From positions 10,850,001 to 10,914,000 of the forward strand of contig OX597823.1 in the NCBI GenBank assembly GCA_951406725.2: a DNA stretch of 64,000 bases, written 5' to 3'. The stretch is from Octopus vulgaris. Its lineage: Eukaryota. Under the pieces are notes generated by a model that saw only the letters and a list, made by a program, of their open reading frames with translations, ran no database searches and was not told the DNA's origin. Positions 36,057-49,707 of the stretch are shown here, one piece after another; position 1 is the stretch's first letter; each line of letters starts with the position of its first letter. The translations under genes and the position numbers were made by a program.

Positions 36057-37558
36057 TTACTCACTTGCCATTATTGAACGACGTTCAAAACACTTCTCAA
36101 ATTCTATGCAATATTTTCTATAAGTAATACATTTTGTTTGCTTTCTTTTTCATAATTATCATTATTATTTCATTCAGTTCAATTAAAAAGCATGGTTAAG
36201 CAACGCATTCTAAGCCGCACAATAATTTGTGAAAAAAAAATGTATCTGCTCTCAGGGTATGCATCGTCCCTCCGGTGTCTTTTACTCATTTATTAGTTTC
36301 GATGAGTATAACTGTCTATAGTCCTTACAAACGGTCTGTGACTGGTTTAAGGAAGAGTTTAAGGAAGAGTTTTCATAGGAATAAATTTTGGATTCGTGAT
36401 ATTGATGATGTAAGAAAGATTGGTAGTTGAGTTCATGGGACTGGATATGTACTCAGTAAGTGCAGAGAAGCTTAGGTCATTGTAGAGACTACAAAATGGG
36501 CAGAGTGAGCAGACAGGTAGATTGTATGATTGTCAGTTAAATTTTGTAGCTTGTTGGTGAATGCCTGTTTGTTCAGTGGGGTACGATTTAAGAAGGCGGC
36601 GAGCTGGCAGAAACGTTAGCACGCCGGGCGAAATGCGTAGCCGTATTTCGTCTACCGTTACGTTCTGAGTTCAAATTCCGCCGAGGTCGACTTTGCCTTT
36701 CATCCTTTCGAGGGTCGATAAATTAAGCACCAATTATGCACTGGGGTCGATGTAATCGGCTTAATATGTTTGTCTGTCCTTGTTTGTCCCCTCTATGTTT
36801 AACCCCTTGTGGGTAATAAAGAAACAGGTGTACGATTTAAGAATAATTGGAGAGGAGTTGGGGGACCTTGCTAATTTATTGCAACTGACAATGTATTTTC
36901 ACTTTTCTTACTGCCTTAGTCGAGAGTAAGGAGCTAGAAAACAATCCATCTGAAAGGGAGAAAAAGGGGGGAAAAAGTAGTGTTGACCCTTTGGTCTGGA
37001 AAGTGTTTCTCATTATATTTTTCCCTAACCAATCAACAACGTCATTTTTCCGCTTTTCTTCATTTTCAGGTAGGAAGCTCCTATGTTTCACTCCATCAGC
37101 CACAAATAGGGGCCAAATGACTTTTATACAATTCGCCATTGTCTTTAACAAAAAGTACTTACTTTAACTGACAATCATACAATCTACCTGTCTGCTCACT
37201 CTGCCCATTTTGCGGTCTCTACAATGACCTAAGCCTCTCTGCACTTACTGAGTACATATCCAGTCCCATGAACTCAACTATCAATCTTTCTTACATCATC
37301 AATATCACGAATCCAAAATTTATTCCTATGAAAACTCTTCCTTAAACTCTTCCTTAAACCCTGAGAGCAGATACATTTTTTTTCACAAATTATTGTGCGG
37401 CTTAGAATGCGTTGCTTAACCATGCTTGTTAATTGAACTGAATGAAATAATAATCATAATTATGAAAAAGAAAGCAAACAAAATGTATTACTTATAGAAA
37501 ATATTGCATAGAATTTGAGAAGTGTTTTGAACGTCGTTCAATAATGGCAAGTGAGTAA
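36057..37558. repeat. Inverted duplication, arms 36057-36541 and 37163-37558
   Basis: Arms are near-identical reverse complements; the right arm lacks an ~87-bp block. Confidence 0.9.
36595..36829 (+). mobile_element. SINE family A, full length
   Basis: 14-bp TSD GTACGATTTAAGAA at 36581-36594 and 36830-36843. Confidence 0.9.
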
Positions 37559-38807
37559 TAATGGCAAGAGAGACATTAAGTAACATAATCGGAGCTAGAA
37601 AATGTCAGGATGGTCAAAGCTGGAGCGCTTTTCACAATAAATCTGCTCCCATCCACTTCTTCACACTCTCAAGCGAAAAGCAAAGACAGAGATATTCATG
37701 GTTTTTAGGCACGGGGTACTTCGTTCAGCGAACATAATATATTATAAAAGCACGTAAATACGCTTATCAACAAACCATTAATATTTACCTGCCAGCTCCA
37801 GGAATGCGTTTAATATGTAAATTGGTATATCCATTAATTTAACGCCGCTCTATGCAGGGATTATAAAAGCATTGTGTTCGAGACGAGAATGGGCTATCAG
37901 GGTGCTGATGAAATGGAACGACCCCACCCCCCGAAATATAGCATGTATACGCATTACTCACTTTTGTCTTCGATCTCATTGTTTGTGTATATCTGACGTT
38001 GCGATGCGAAACGGTGTAGCAAAGATCAGTGCTGGCTGTAAGTTCTATTGAATATCTCTCTGTAGAAATGAACTTATCAAACTCTTCTCTCCAAAATGTA
38101 TTATTGAATTATTCGATAAAATCTTGACGACATTCACCATTATTTCTTCCTTCAGATTCCGGATTTTACACTGAAAAACAATAGCTGCACTCTTGTTAAC
38201 ATACCTAATGTAAGGAAAAGTAGATATTTTAACTGTTAGTCTGTAGATGTCTCTGTTTTTGACATATCTCAATATTCTCATGTGAACATAATTTTTTATC
38301 GAAATTAATGGTAGAAATAAGTTTCTGTGTAGAAGAACATATTAGCTGAAGAAAAAATGAAAATAAGATAGATTTATTAGATGCTGTCATATAAACTGTT
38401 TCGTATGTTAGAAATTTTCTACTCTTAAAAAAAATTGTGTGTCTTTAAATTAATAATAGCGAAAACAATTTTGGTTGTAGCACAATTCTCAGACAACACT
38501 GTTTTCCAGGACACTAAGTTGAATCTATTAACTCTTCTATCGGAAAGAGATTGGAAAACGAATATTTAGAGTATATGTATCGTAAAAAACCATTTCCTAT
38601 TCTTTTGTGGTGAAGTCTATCTTTGCATAAAAGAGGCTTGGCAAATAGAACGCCACAGATAAAACCAACGTGATGCTGAAATGGGTGTGTCTGTTCTATC
38701 ATGGATATAATAAATATTATAATCGAAAGCTGCTTTCTGTCAATTCCATATTTTGCCGAATGGAATGAAAGTAACAATTCTTGAAGGAAAAATAAGCATA
38801 TGCATAC

Positions 38808-38866
<59 letters not shown>

Positions 38867-39277
38867 TATGTGAATGAATTATCCTAGTATTCTTTCATTT
38901 ATATATATATATATATATATAATGCATAAATCATATATGATTATATATATATACGTTTGTGTCTGTGTGTATGTGTTGTGTATAAGTGTGCGCCTGTATA
39001 TATATATATATATATATACATACATACATATGTATATATACATATTCACATACGCATATATATGTGTGTGAGTGTGTGTGTGTGTGTGTTTGTGTGTGTG
39101 TGAGTGTGTATGTGAGTGTGTGTGTGTGTACTTCCCTAAGCGTTATGTAAATATTTCACATACATGTAGCAAGGGATAAATAACTACGCGTGTGCAACAA
39201 GCATATATGAGTGTGAATATATAAATTATATATCTACATCGATTATTATTGCCAAACGCAAAAACGCATGCACCAGT

Positions 39278-39395
<118 letters not shown>

Positions 39396-39872
39396 ATATG
39401 TTTGCATGTTTATATCGGGTATGTTGCTGTTGATGCACTATTTCCGAGTCTGAAAGAACAGGAGCCATTAAATGGCGTTGGAAAGCAAAACTTGATGTCT
39501 TTTTAATGTTCTGAGAAAAGAAATATAAAATTTTAGATATTTTGCACCAAACGAATAACAGAAATTTTAGAACTGTGAATCTAGTTTTCTAGGAACTGAT
39601 CCACTTTTAGATGAAAATTGTTAGAAATTTACTGAGGACATGTTTACAGCGTAAGATATTTTTAATTTTAGGATAGTTTATTTAACAGAGAGCAACATCT
39701 ACAAAAACGTTGAGAGGTCGGTTGATTGTTAGAACTTTCTGTAATCCGGGTATGATAATCAGAAAGTAAAAAGAACGAGAATCAAGGATATGACAAACAA
39801 AATTTTGCTATTATAGTTGGTAAAATACAATCAAGAAGCTACGTGAGTCACCGGTCACGGTTTGTTTCTTAT

Positions 39873-39927
<55 letters not shown>

Positions 39928-40453
39928 TATATATATCTTTATAAGCATAAGATGGGCCATGGATAGAAAGCAGGATGGGCTTGTGCCAAGAACATATATT
40001 ATTTCTACATGATAAATGTTATCATCAACCTCACTTTTGTGGATAGGATACAAGTAGCCATGTTGACCTAATGACTTTGAAGATGAGGAAATTGCGTGAA
40101 GATATCATAGACATGCGTGAAATGATTAAAGAGCTAATGGATGCAGCCGATAAGCGATTACTTTAAACTCTATGTTATCATTGGCTGAAACAAACAGCGA
40201 AGAAATTCTGGTTGGACTTAAGACAAGTTTTATTTAACCCGTATATGACTATATTAAGGAAGAATATCCTATATCCTTCGGAAAGAATATCCCAGAGAAA
40301 CTGATATCACACCATATCATATCATATCATTCATTCATTCATATATGTATGAATGTATGTATGTATGTATGTATGTATGTATGTATGTATGTATGTATGT
40401 ATGTATGTATGTATGTATGCATGTATGTATGTATGTATACATACATATTCATA

Positions 40454-40497
<44 letters not shown>

Positions 40498-40512
40498 GAC
40501 ACACACACTCAC

Positions 40513-40571
<59 letters not shown>

Positions 40572-41018
40572 GGAGCACATGCATACAAACATATATATAT
40601 ATTTTAAGACATAAATTTCTCTGTACTGTTAAAGAAGGCAGGGAATCAGCGGAGATGACGACAGGGAATCCTGCTCAAGTAATTGGTTGTTAAGTCTTGC
40701 CAATGTATTAATGGGTTCTGATCTTTATTCCATCTTAGAAATATATACCAAATATTACAAACATTCCATGTTTACACACATACACACACACGCACAAACA
40801 TACACACATACAAATGCATACATATACATATATATATATATATGCACATATGAGTACATATGCATATATGTGCATGCGTACATAATACATATACATACGT
40901 ACATACATTGGTGCGTACGTACAGAAAAAATTTCAATGATGTCTAGGTGCATGTGGGACCAGCCATGCTGTCTACCAAGGAGATTATGAGAAACTGCATA
41001 CAGGCTGTGTTGTTCCGG

Positions 41019-41034
41019 GTGATGATGATGGTGG

Positions 41035-41088
<54 letters not shown>

Positions 41089-41305
41089 CGACAACGACAT
41101 TGATGATGATGACGGTGATGATGGTGATAATGACGATGATGATGATGACGATGATGATGGTGTTGGTAGTGTTGGTAGTGGTAGTGGCAGCGGCAATGGT
41201 AGTCGCGGTGACGGTTGTAAATGGGTGACTGTTGTGGTACACGGATGGGAGGGGCGATTATTGATGGTGGTGGTGGTGGTGGTGGTGGTGGTGGTGGTGG
41301 GGAGA

Positions 41306-41366
<61 letters not shown>

Positions 41367-41806
41367 CGACAACGACGTCGATGATGATGACGGTGACGAT
41401 GGTGATAATGACGATGATGATGATGACGATGATGATGTCGACGACGATGGTGTTGGTAGTGGTGGTGGTGGTGGTAGTGGCAGCGGCAATGGTAGTCGCG
41501 GTGACGGTTGTAAATGGGTGACTGTGTTGGTACACGGATGAGAGGGGCGATTACTGGTGGTGGTGGTGGTGGTGGTGGTGGTGGTGGTGGTGATGGGGAG
41601 AATGATGAGATTAAAGATCGCAACGACGACGACGGCAGCGATGATGGTGACGCTGATGACTAAAATGATGATGATGATGGTAGAGATGATGATGATGATG
41701 ATGATAAGGAGGAGGCAGAGGAGGAGCAGGGGGTGTATACTGGTGCTGGTGATGATGCTGATGATACTGATGACTATAATGATGATGTTAGAGATGATGA
41801 TTCTGT

Positions 41807-41862
<56 letters not shown>

Positions 41863-41865
41863 GTA

Positions 41866-41898
<33 letters not shown>

Positions 41899-41902
41899 CT
41901 GT

Positions 41903-41943
<41 letters not shown>

Positions 41944-41946
41944 GTA

Positions 41947-41979
<33 letters not shown>

Positions 41980-41983
41980 CTGT

Positions 41984-42016
<33 letters not shown>
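41019..42016. repeat. (GAT)n/(GGT)n compound microsatellite with ~295-bp tandem duplication
   Basis: Block GGCAGCGGCAATGGTAGTCGCGGTGACGGTTGTAAATGGGTGACTG occurs at ~41186 and ~41479; later TCTGTT(GAT)n GGTAAT(GAT)n units repeat. Confidence 0.95.
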
Positions 42017-42018
<2 letters not shown>

Positions 42019-42208
42019 GTGCAAGAAGTTATATGATGGATTTAATATTAATAACACTGTGGGTGGTGAGTCATTTATCCAATGTTTACAGATTTTTAAA
42101 TTTTGGTTTTTATTTTTAATCTTCCATTTAAAGAAAAAAACTACGTGATATGAAAAAATAATGCTGCAGATGGTTACATTTCTCTGGGACGCGTTTTATA
42201 GAATTTGG

Positions 42209-42993
42209 CTCAAAGCAGTAATTGTAACACGAGTAAGGGAACAAGCGACTTGTTTAGGTTTTTCGACTGGAAAAAAGAATAATACAGCTTTTGCTGACAT
42301 TGTTATCGTAAAGCAGCCCTTTTCAAACCCTGTCTATACAGACATATGAACAAAGATATTCCATCTGTGACTATCCTATCTTTTCTTTTCAGACGCCACA
42401 GATCTGGGACTACAGATGGGTCGACGTTTGCCCAAGATACCATGCAAACGTTTGAAAGTCCCATGTAGAGGTATCGAAACCAGGGTCTCGTCTTTGCAAA
42501 GAAAACTTCTTAACCATTCTACCATTCGGTGCCTACAAATTAGACAGGCAGGGAGGCATACAGGCAGACATACAGACTGACAGAAAGATAGATAGATAGA
42601 TAGATTGATAGATAGATTGATAGATAGACATCTGTATGTCTGCCTGTATGCCTCCCTGCCTGTCTAATTTGTAGGCACCGAATGGTAGAATGGTTAAGAA
42701 GTTTTCTTTGCAAAGACGAGACCCTGGTTTCGATACCTCTACATGGGACTTTCAAACGTTTGCATGGTATCTTGGGCAAACGTCGACCCATCTGTAGTCC
42801 CAGATCTGTGGCGTCTGAAAAGATAGGATAGTCACAGATGGAATATCTTTGTTCATATGTCTGTATAGACAGGGTTTGAAAAGGGCTGCTTTACGATAAC
42901 AATGTCAGCAAAAGCTGTATTATTCTTTTTTCCAGTCGAAAAACCTAAACAAGTCGCTTGTTCCCTTACTCGTGTTACAATTACTGCTTTGAG
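42209..42993. repeat. Near-perfect fold-back: arms 42209-42576 and 42631-42993, (GATA)n spacer
   Basis: Arms appear identical by eye except for a 5-bp TTTTC indel. Confidence 0.95.
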
Positions 42994-43307
42994 ACTGATT
43001 AATTGATACACACACACATAGAGAGAGAGAGTTGTCGCTGTATAGTTACGTATTTAGGAGTGGTTGTAATTTACTTATTGGATTTATTTACCGATACATT
43101 TGTACATAGGGTAAATGTGTTTGAAAGTTGTGATTTATTTGGTTTGTTTGTTCCCTAACAACGCTTATTTTAGTGCTGTTGTCACCGCCGGATTGAATGG
43201 TACTGCCCAGGTATCGAAACCACAATTATATCCGTAAAGCAGCTGATGATGGAGGTATGTTGGATTGTTGTTATGGCTGTGGAATAGTATTATAACACAT
43301 CCTTTTG

Positions 43308-43345
<38 letters not shown>

Positions 43346-45394
43346 TATACCTTTGTGAGGTTACTTTTTCAAGGACTTAATTGCGATTTTCTAAAGTTTG
43401 GTACAAAGCAGTACGTTTAGTGCAAGGGGACATAGTTCAATAATCCCCTCAAGTACGCAACTTTTATTGCATTACGGTCTAACCAGGAAGCTTTTGCCCG
43501 AGCTGCTATAAATGGTAGCCAAATCTTTCTTGAATCCCACTATGCTATATTGAAAACAGGAAGGACATACTAGAAAATTTAACCCTGGATACACAATGTC
43601 AAATTGACAAAAGATCGAATGGACATTGTTGGTTCGTCTTTGATCAGAGTTTGGGAGTGACCTGGAACTAAAACAAATACAACAGAAATAACAACAACAA
43701 CATCAACTATAACAATTGATATCTATGGCTAGCGATCCCCGAAGGTTACAATGTAAACTCTACCACGATCATAATTTGGAGATTAGAATTTAAGGGAATT
43801 GAAACTGAATACTATAAAAGACTTAATCTGACACACCACAAACTACCAACCTTGAGGTCTAATTAAAAATGAGAGATTAGCAAATATTATCATAAACTAG
43901 TGCATTATTTTATCTCCGCTCTTAGAAGGGAGAGAATAAATGATTAGATTCCGAGCAAAAGCGATGACTCGTTGATGCAAACACGCTATTAGAATATTTG
44001 CTAATGCTATTAGAACCATTAAAACGTTTGCTCTTGGTTGTTGATGTTGTTGGTGGTGGTGATAGTGGTGATGATGATAGTGGTGATGATGATGGTGGTG
44101 GTGGTGGTGGTGGTTTTTGGTGGTGGTGGTGGTGGTGTGGTGGGAGAAAGGGTTTTTTTTTCTGAAGTTCGGGAGTTGTTGAACGTGATTGGATAGAGAA
44201 TTGTCATAATGATTTGAGCTTTCTTTTTATCTTTTATAATTGTAACCGTGTCGTTTGGAGTTTATTCTAATCCGTTGAGTAATTAACTGACTCAGTTTGA
44301 AATTTGAATATCAAATGATGATGTGCTATGCTGGAGGAATTGGGGAGGACGCATTGTGGGAGCAGTAAAAACGGGGTTGACGGCAGAGCTAGAGGGAGAG
44401 AGAGAGAGGGGTAGAGAGAGAGAGAGACTGGGAGACATAGAGAGAGAGAAAGGGAGAAAAATAAAGTAATAAAGAAAAAGGTAAAGAAAAAAGAGTGGTA
44501 GAATGAGATGAGTGAAACAGGAAGGGGAGATCTTGACTATGTCGGTTACAGGAAACCTTTATTTTTTATGATAATAATTATAATAATGACAATAGCAGCA
44601 ATAACCGGAAGTCGAAATGAACCCGTTGGTCCGAAAATAAAGTCATGGAGAGGATGAAGAACTAGGAGAACAAGGAGACAGTGTCAAAGGAAAAGACTTC
44701 ATGTCAGTAATAATGAGCGTTTCAAATTTTGGTAAAGGGACTGCAGTTTTAGGGGTGCTTCGTTAGTATTTTATATCATCAACCCCAAAAGGATGAAAAG
44801 CAAAATTAACCCCCGCGAAATTTGAACTCAGAACATAAAGAGTAAAATAAAAATCCCGTTAAGTGATTTGTCCTACGCGCTGACTATTCTGCCAACTCGC
44901 TGCCTTGATGATGATGATGATGATTTTCTCTACTATAGGCACAAGGCCTGAAATTTGGGGTAGGGGACTAGTCGATTACATCGACCCCAATGTTTCAGAA
45001 GGCTGGAGAGTATATCAGGTGAAATGTTGTGTTAACAACAAACAAGATGAGGACGAATATCCGTCGAATGTAAATAGTGTAAATAATGTAAATAATCTAG
45101 AATAATTTCTGTAACGATATATCTGTTTCAAGAACTCAGTGCTGAATCTGGCTGAAATGTAATTGAAAATGGGTATTTCAAAATATTAATGTCCAGATCA
45201 CAAAAGTTAAGTTTGACTGGAATAGTAATCGTTTTCTTTGAATTCTAGATAGAAGCAAATTGGAAATAACAATTACTGACCAAAGGCAAAAAAAAAAAAC
45301 AAATTTCGTTACACGGTGTTATCACTAGGGTTATGGTTAAAGCAAATACATAAAACAATCTTGGAAGATATTACTGTGCTTACAATATCTAACA

Positions 45395-45607
45395 CTTTTC
45401 TACACTAGGCACAAGGCCCGAAATTTTGGGGGAAGGCGCCAGTCGATCAGATCGACCCCAGTACGCAACTGGTACTTAATTTATCGAGCCCGAAACGACG
45501 AAAGGCAAAGTCGACCTCGGCGGAATTTTAACTCAGAACGTAAAGACAGACGAAATGCCGCTAAACATTTCGTCCGGCGTGACACGTTTCTGCCAGCTCG
45601 TCGCCTT
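45395..45607 (-). mobile_element. SINE family A, alternative-tail subfamily
   Basis: Same head and body; tail CCCCCAAAATTTCGGGCCTTGTGCCTAGTGTAGAAAAG. Confidence 0.8.
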
Positions 45608-45845
45608 ACAGTGATATCCAACACTGATACAAATATCACTGTATGAGTGAGAATGGCACGATTTCATTGTGTTCCACTACGACCACCGTCACCACAACCC
45701 AATCCACTTCGTAGCTTTACTTTCACTTTCGACCCTGGGATAGAGCCAACCTCAACGGCAACATCTGAAAGCAGAGGATTCTTCATTTTCCATTCTCAAG
45801 TCTTTAAAAAGAAGGTTATGAGCACTGCTCCTTCCTCCGTTTGGT

Positions 45846-46320
45846 TGGCGAGCTGGCAGATTCGGTAGCACGCCGGACGAAATGCTCAGCGGTATTTCGA
45901 CCAAGGCGGCGTGCTGGCAGAAACGTTAGCACGCCGGGCGAAATGCTTAGCGGTATTTCGGCTGCGTTACGTTGTGAGTTCAAATTCCGCCGAGGTCGAC
46001 TTTGCCTTTCATCCTTTCGGGGTCGATAAATTAAGTACCAGTTACGCACTGGGGTCGATGTAATCGACTTAATACCCATGTCTGTCCTTGTTTGTCCCCT
46101 CTGTGTTTAGCTCCTTGTGGGTAGTAAAGAAATAGGTATTTCGACCATCGCTACGTTCTGAGTTCAAATTCCGCCGAGGTCGACTTTACCTTTCATCCTT
46201 TCGGGGTCGATTAAATAAGTACCAGTTACGCACTGGGGTCGATATAATCGACTTAATCCGTGTGTCTGTCCTCGTTTTTCCCCTATGCGTTTAGCCCCTT
46301 TTGGGTAGTAAAGAAATAGG
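45846..46320 (+). mobile_element. SINE A nested inside the head of another SINE A
   Basis: Inner copy ~45904-46135 is flanked by a 13-bp TSD GGTATTTCGACCA (45890s and 46136-46148). Confidence 0.85.
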
Positions 46321-46689
46321 TTAACTCGAAAAACTTCAATAAATACTTGAACAGCACAATTCAGCTGCATGCCGTTAAAACACTGTGGTTGACAATTGAA
46401 GGGGTGGTGCCATCGGTAAAGTTACTGACGCCAACCATTTGGTCCTAAACCATTGACAAAAGAAGCAATAATCAGCTGATCTGCATGCCCGTTAGGAATT
46501 GAACAATGCAAGATAATAGCGAGATTGAGTCGCCTGAAAAACATTGATACGAGAAAATGAGCAGAGTTTTAGTTTCTAAGTAGAACGATAAACCTTATGC
46601 TCATGCATTATTCATTGGCTCTCCTCTATCTCTAACTCTGTATCCCTAAATCGCACTCACGCGCCCTCTCAATCTCTCTTCCCCACTTT

Positions 46690-46721
<32 letters not shown>

Positions 46722-46819
46722 TACTATTTCTCTCCTTCTCTTTCGCTCTTTTGTCTCTATTTCTCGCTCTGCTCTTTATTTATTCATTTGTATACACAAA
46801 GGCACACACATATACAGGC

Positions 46820-46884
<65 letters not shown>

Positions 46885-47152
46885 CTATTGTGTATATGCG
46901 TGTGGATGTGTGTATGCATGTAAATATATATATATAATATATGATAGATAGATGCATATATATATACATATATATATATGCATATATAAGCATATTTACA
47001 TACATTCATGGAGACAGAGATGCATAGATATAAATGCATGTATACACATAAAAACACACATAAATGTACGTATGCGTGCATATACATATAGATTTTCTCA
47101 TGAATGTATAATAGATATCTGTACAATGTATGTATATATAAATAGGCGCACA

Positions 47153-47241
<89 letters not shown>

Positions 47242-47324
47242 GAGATACTTATATCTTATATTTCAATATCAAATTTTCAGTTACGCTAAGTATATGATTA
47301 GTAAACAGAATTCACATGATCTTC

Positions 47325-47386
<62 letters not shown>

Positions 47387-47896
47387 TTATGAGATACTGA
47401 ACTGAATAATATGAAGACATTATGGTGGAAGTAATCATACTATATATGTAAGGGGTAAGATCAGCCGCGATGGATATATGATACCGAAAGTTTCGGATGA
47501 TATATATTTATGTGTATATGGAGTATGCACACCTTACGTCTGCTAAATTTACAATTCTGAAACTATTCGCCGACCTGGGCTACAGAAGATGACATTTGCC
47601 GAAGGTGCCGTGTAGTGTGTCTGAGCCCGAAGTCACATGAATAGAGGCGAAATTATTTAATACACATTACACAATGTACAATCTTGGTGAAACCTCAAGT
47701 ATATGAGTGTGCATGCGTGCATGCGTATGTGTGTGTATGTGTAGATGATCTCTGTAGATCGGTTCTTCATCTCTATGGGAAGGGAAAGACAGAACCGTCA
47801 GGACAAAAGTTTATATTTCATTGATGTTGGTGAAGTGAAAGATATATAGTAATCTTTATGCATTAATTTTTCATTTTATCATATAATCTTCAACAT

Positions 47897-48305
47897 AGGC
47901 GCAGGAGTGGCTGTGTGGTAAGTAGCTTGCTAACCAACCACATGGTTCCGGGTTCTGTCCCACTGCGTGGCATCTTGGGCAAGTGTCTTCTGCTATAGCC
48001 CCGGGCCGACCAATGCCTTGTGAGTGGATTTGGTAGACGGAAACTGAAAGAAGCCTGTCGTATATATGTATATTTATATATGTATGTGTGTGTTTGTGTG
48101 TCTGTGTTTGTCCCCCTAGCATTGCTTGACAACCGATGCTGGTGTGTTTACGTCCCTGTCACTTAGCGGTTCGGCAAAAAAGACCGATAGAATAAGTACT
48201 GGGCTTACAAAGAATAAGTCCCGGGGTCGATTTGCTCGACTAAAGGCGGTGCCCCAGCATGGCTGCAGTCAAATGACTGAAACAAGTAAAAGAGAGTAAA
48301 GAGTA
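47897..48305 (+). mobile_element. SINE family B, full length, young
   Basis: AGGCGCAGGAGTGGCTGTGTGG...GGTTCTGTCCC...tail GTAAAAGAGAGTAAAGAGTA. Confidence 0.9.
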
Positions 48306-48954
48306 TTCGTATATACCTGGTATTTTGATCGCAAAACACTATATCTATTATACATTGCTCTACATTGAGTTAAAATACTTACTTTATAATAGAAGGTGGA
48401 ATAAGAAAGATGAAGAAGGACGCTATCGTTCATAGTTCATTTGTAGCATAAAACAGAGACAGACGGTTCAAGAAAGATATTATGTTACATAATTTGACAT
48501 TTACGTACAGGTTGAAATGTTATTCAGAACAGCAGAGTACATGGCTTCTCTACTAGTCTAACTAATTCATATTTATTGAAAGTAGAAATGCACCTCCATC
48601 GTTAGTATTCTTCGGTCTTCAGAAGACGTTTATTTAATTCCAGTCGCCATTTTCATTAACGTGCTTCAACGCTTTTCTTTATAGAGTGTTTTTTTTTTGT
48701 TTTTTGTTGTTTCTTTTTAACAAACTATCCATTCATGTGCGTACATAGTCACTACCACATATTTTACAGATATTCATAGATCTTCGGTATGAATCTTTAT
48801 TTGTTTAATCCCACACTCGGCTGGTTATTCATATATAGGGCAAAGGAGAAAATCGCATAACTAGTAATCCATATTTCAGGTCATATATATGTGTGTCTAT
48901 TAGTATAGAGTGTATATGTATACATACATACACATACATACATACATACATACA

Positions 48955-49032
<78 letters not shown>

Positions 49033-49316
49033 AAATAAGAAAATGGAGAAATACATCTAAATCATTTATCAACTACCAGATAATACCCAATCATATACTT
49101 TATTAAACCACTACATTAGAACATTAGGGTTAAACATCCCATGGAGGGTTGAATTTGCAACCCCTATCTCAATTTGTATATATATCTATATATATATATA
49201 TATATGTATACATACATAATTAATAATATCAGGGTAATAAAGATTTTAGAAAGTTTTACTACAAGTGGCCTAGCGTATAAAAAAATTAGTCAATAGCCTA
49301 TATATTATTCATATAA

Positions 49317-49490
49317 AATACAGTGTACATTTAAACACATTAAGAGGTATCCATCATAAGACTCCCTTACGCTAGAAGGAACACCTAAAGTTCAAACCAC
49401 TAATTAGTGATTTGGACTTTAGCTGTTCCTTCTAGCGTAAGGGGGTCCTATTATGGATACCTCTTAATGTGTTTAAATGTACACTATATT
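49317..49490. repeat. Spacerless imperfect ~170-bp palindrome
   Basis: Centre CACTAATTAGTG (49398-49409); arms AGTGTACATTTAAACACATTAAGAGGTATCCAT.../...ATGGATACCTCTTAATGTGTTTAAATGTACACT. Confidence 0.9.
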
Positions 49491-49634
49491 ATATATATAC
49501 ATATATATATACATATAGATGCGCATGAGTCGTTCAAGAGACCCTAAGTCAAGGAAAGATGCATTCGTATATGGTCAGTAAAGTGGGTATATTTTCCGAA
49601 ATGTATACTATTAAATATCCATCACGGTTGATCA

Positions 49635-49707
49635 TACCAGTCGGTTTCGCGTAAAGAATACACTGGAGTGTTAGGTAACAATCTGATTATATAACTACGC
49701 TCATCAG
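49635..49707 (-). ncRNA. Hammerhead ribozyme-like motif with long loop II
   Basis: CTGATGA-GCGTA-(42 nt)-TACGC-GAAA-CC(gact)GG-TA; helix I is decayed. Confidence 0.6.

Noticed and set aside
37900-37950. CTGATGA...GAAA hammerhead candidate
   Set aside because: Helices I and II do not pair convincingly.
40755-42119. Poly-Asp/Met/His/Ser ORFs suggestive of a biomineral or reflectin-like protein
   Set aside because: (GAT)n/(GGT)n microsatellite open in most frames; no signal peptide, reflectin motif or splice evidence.
43200-43300. GAAAC...CTGATGA as a permuted hammerhead
   Set aside because: Could not build the required helices.
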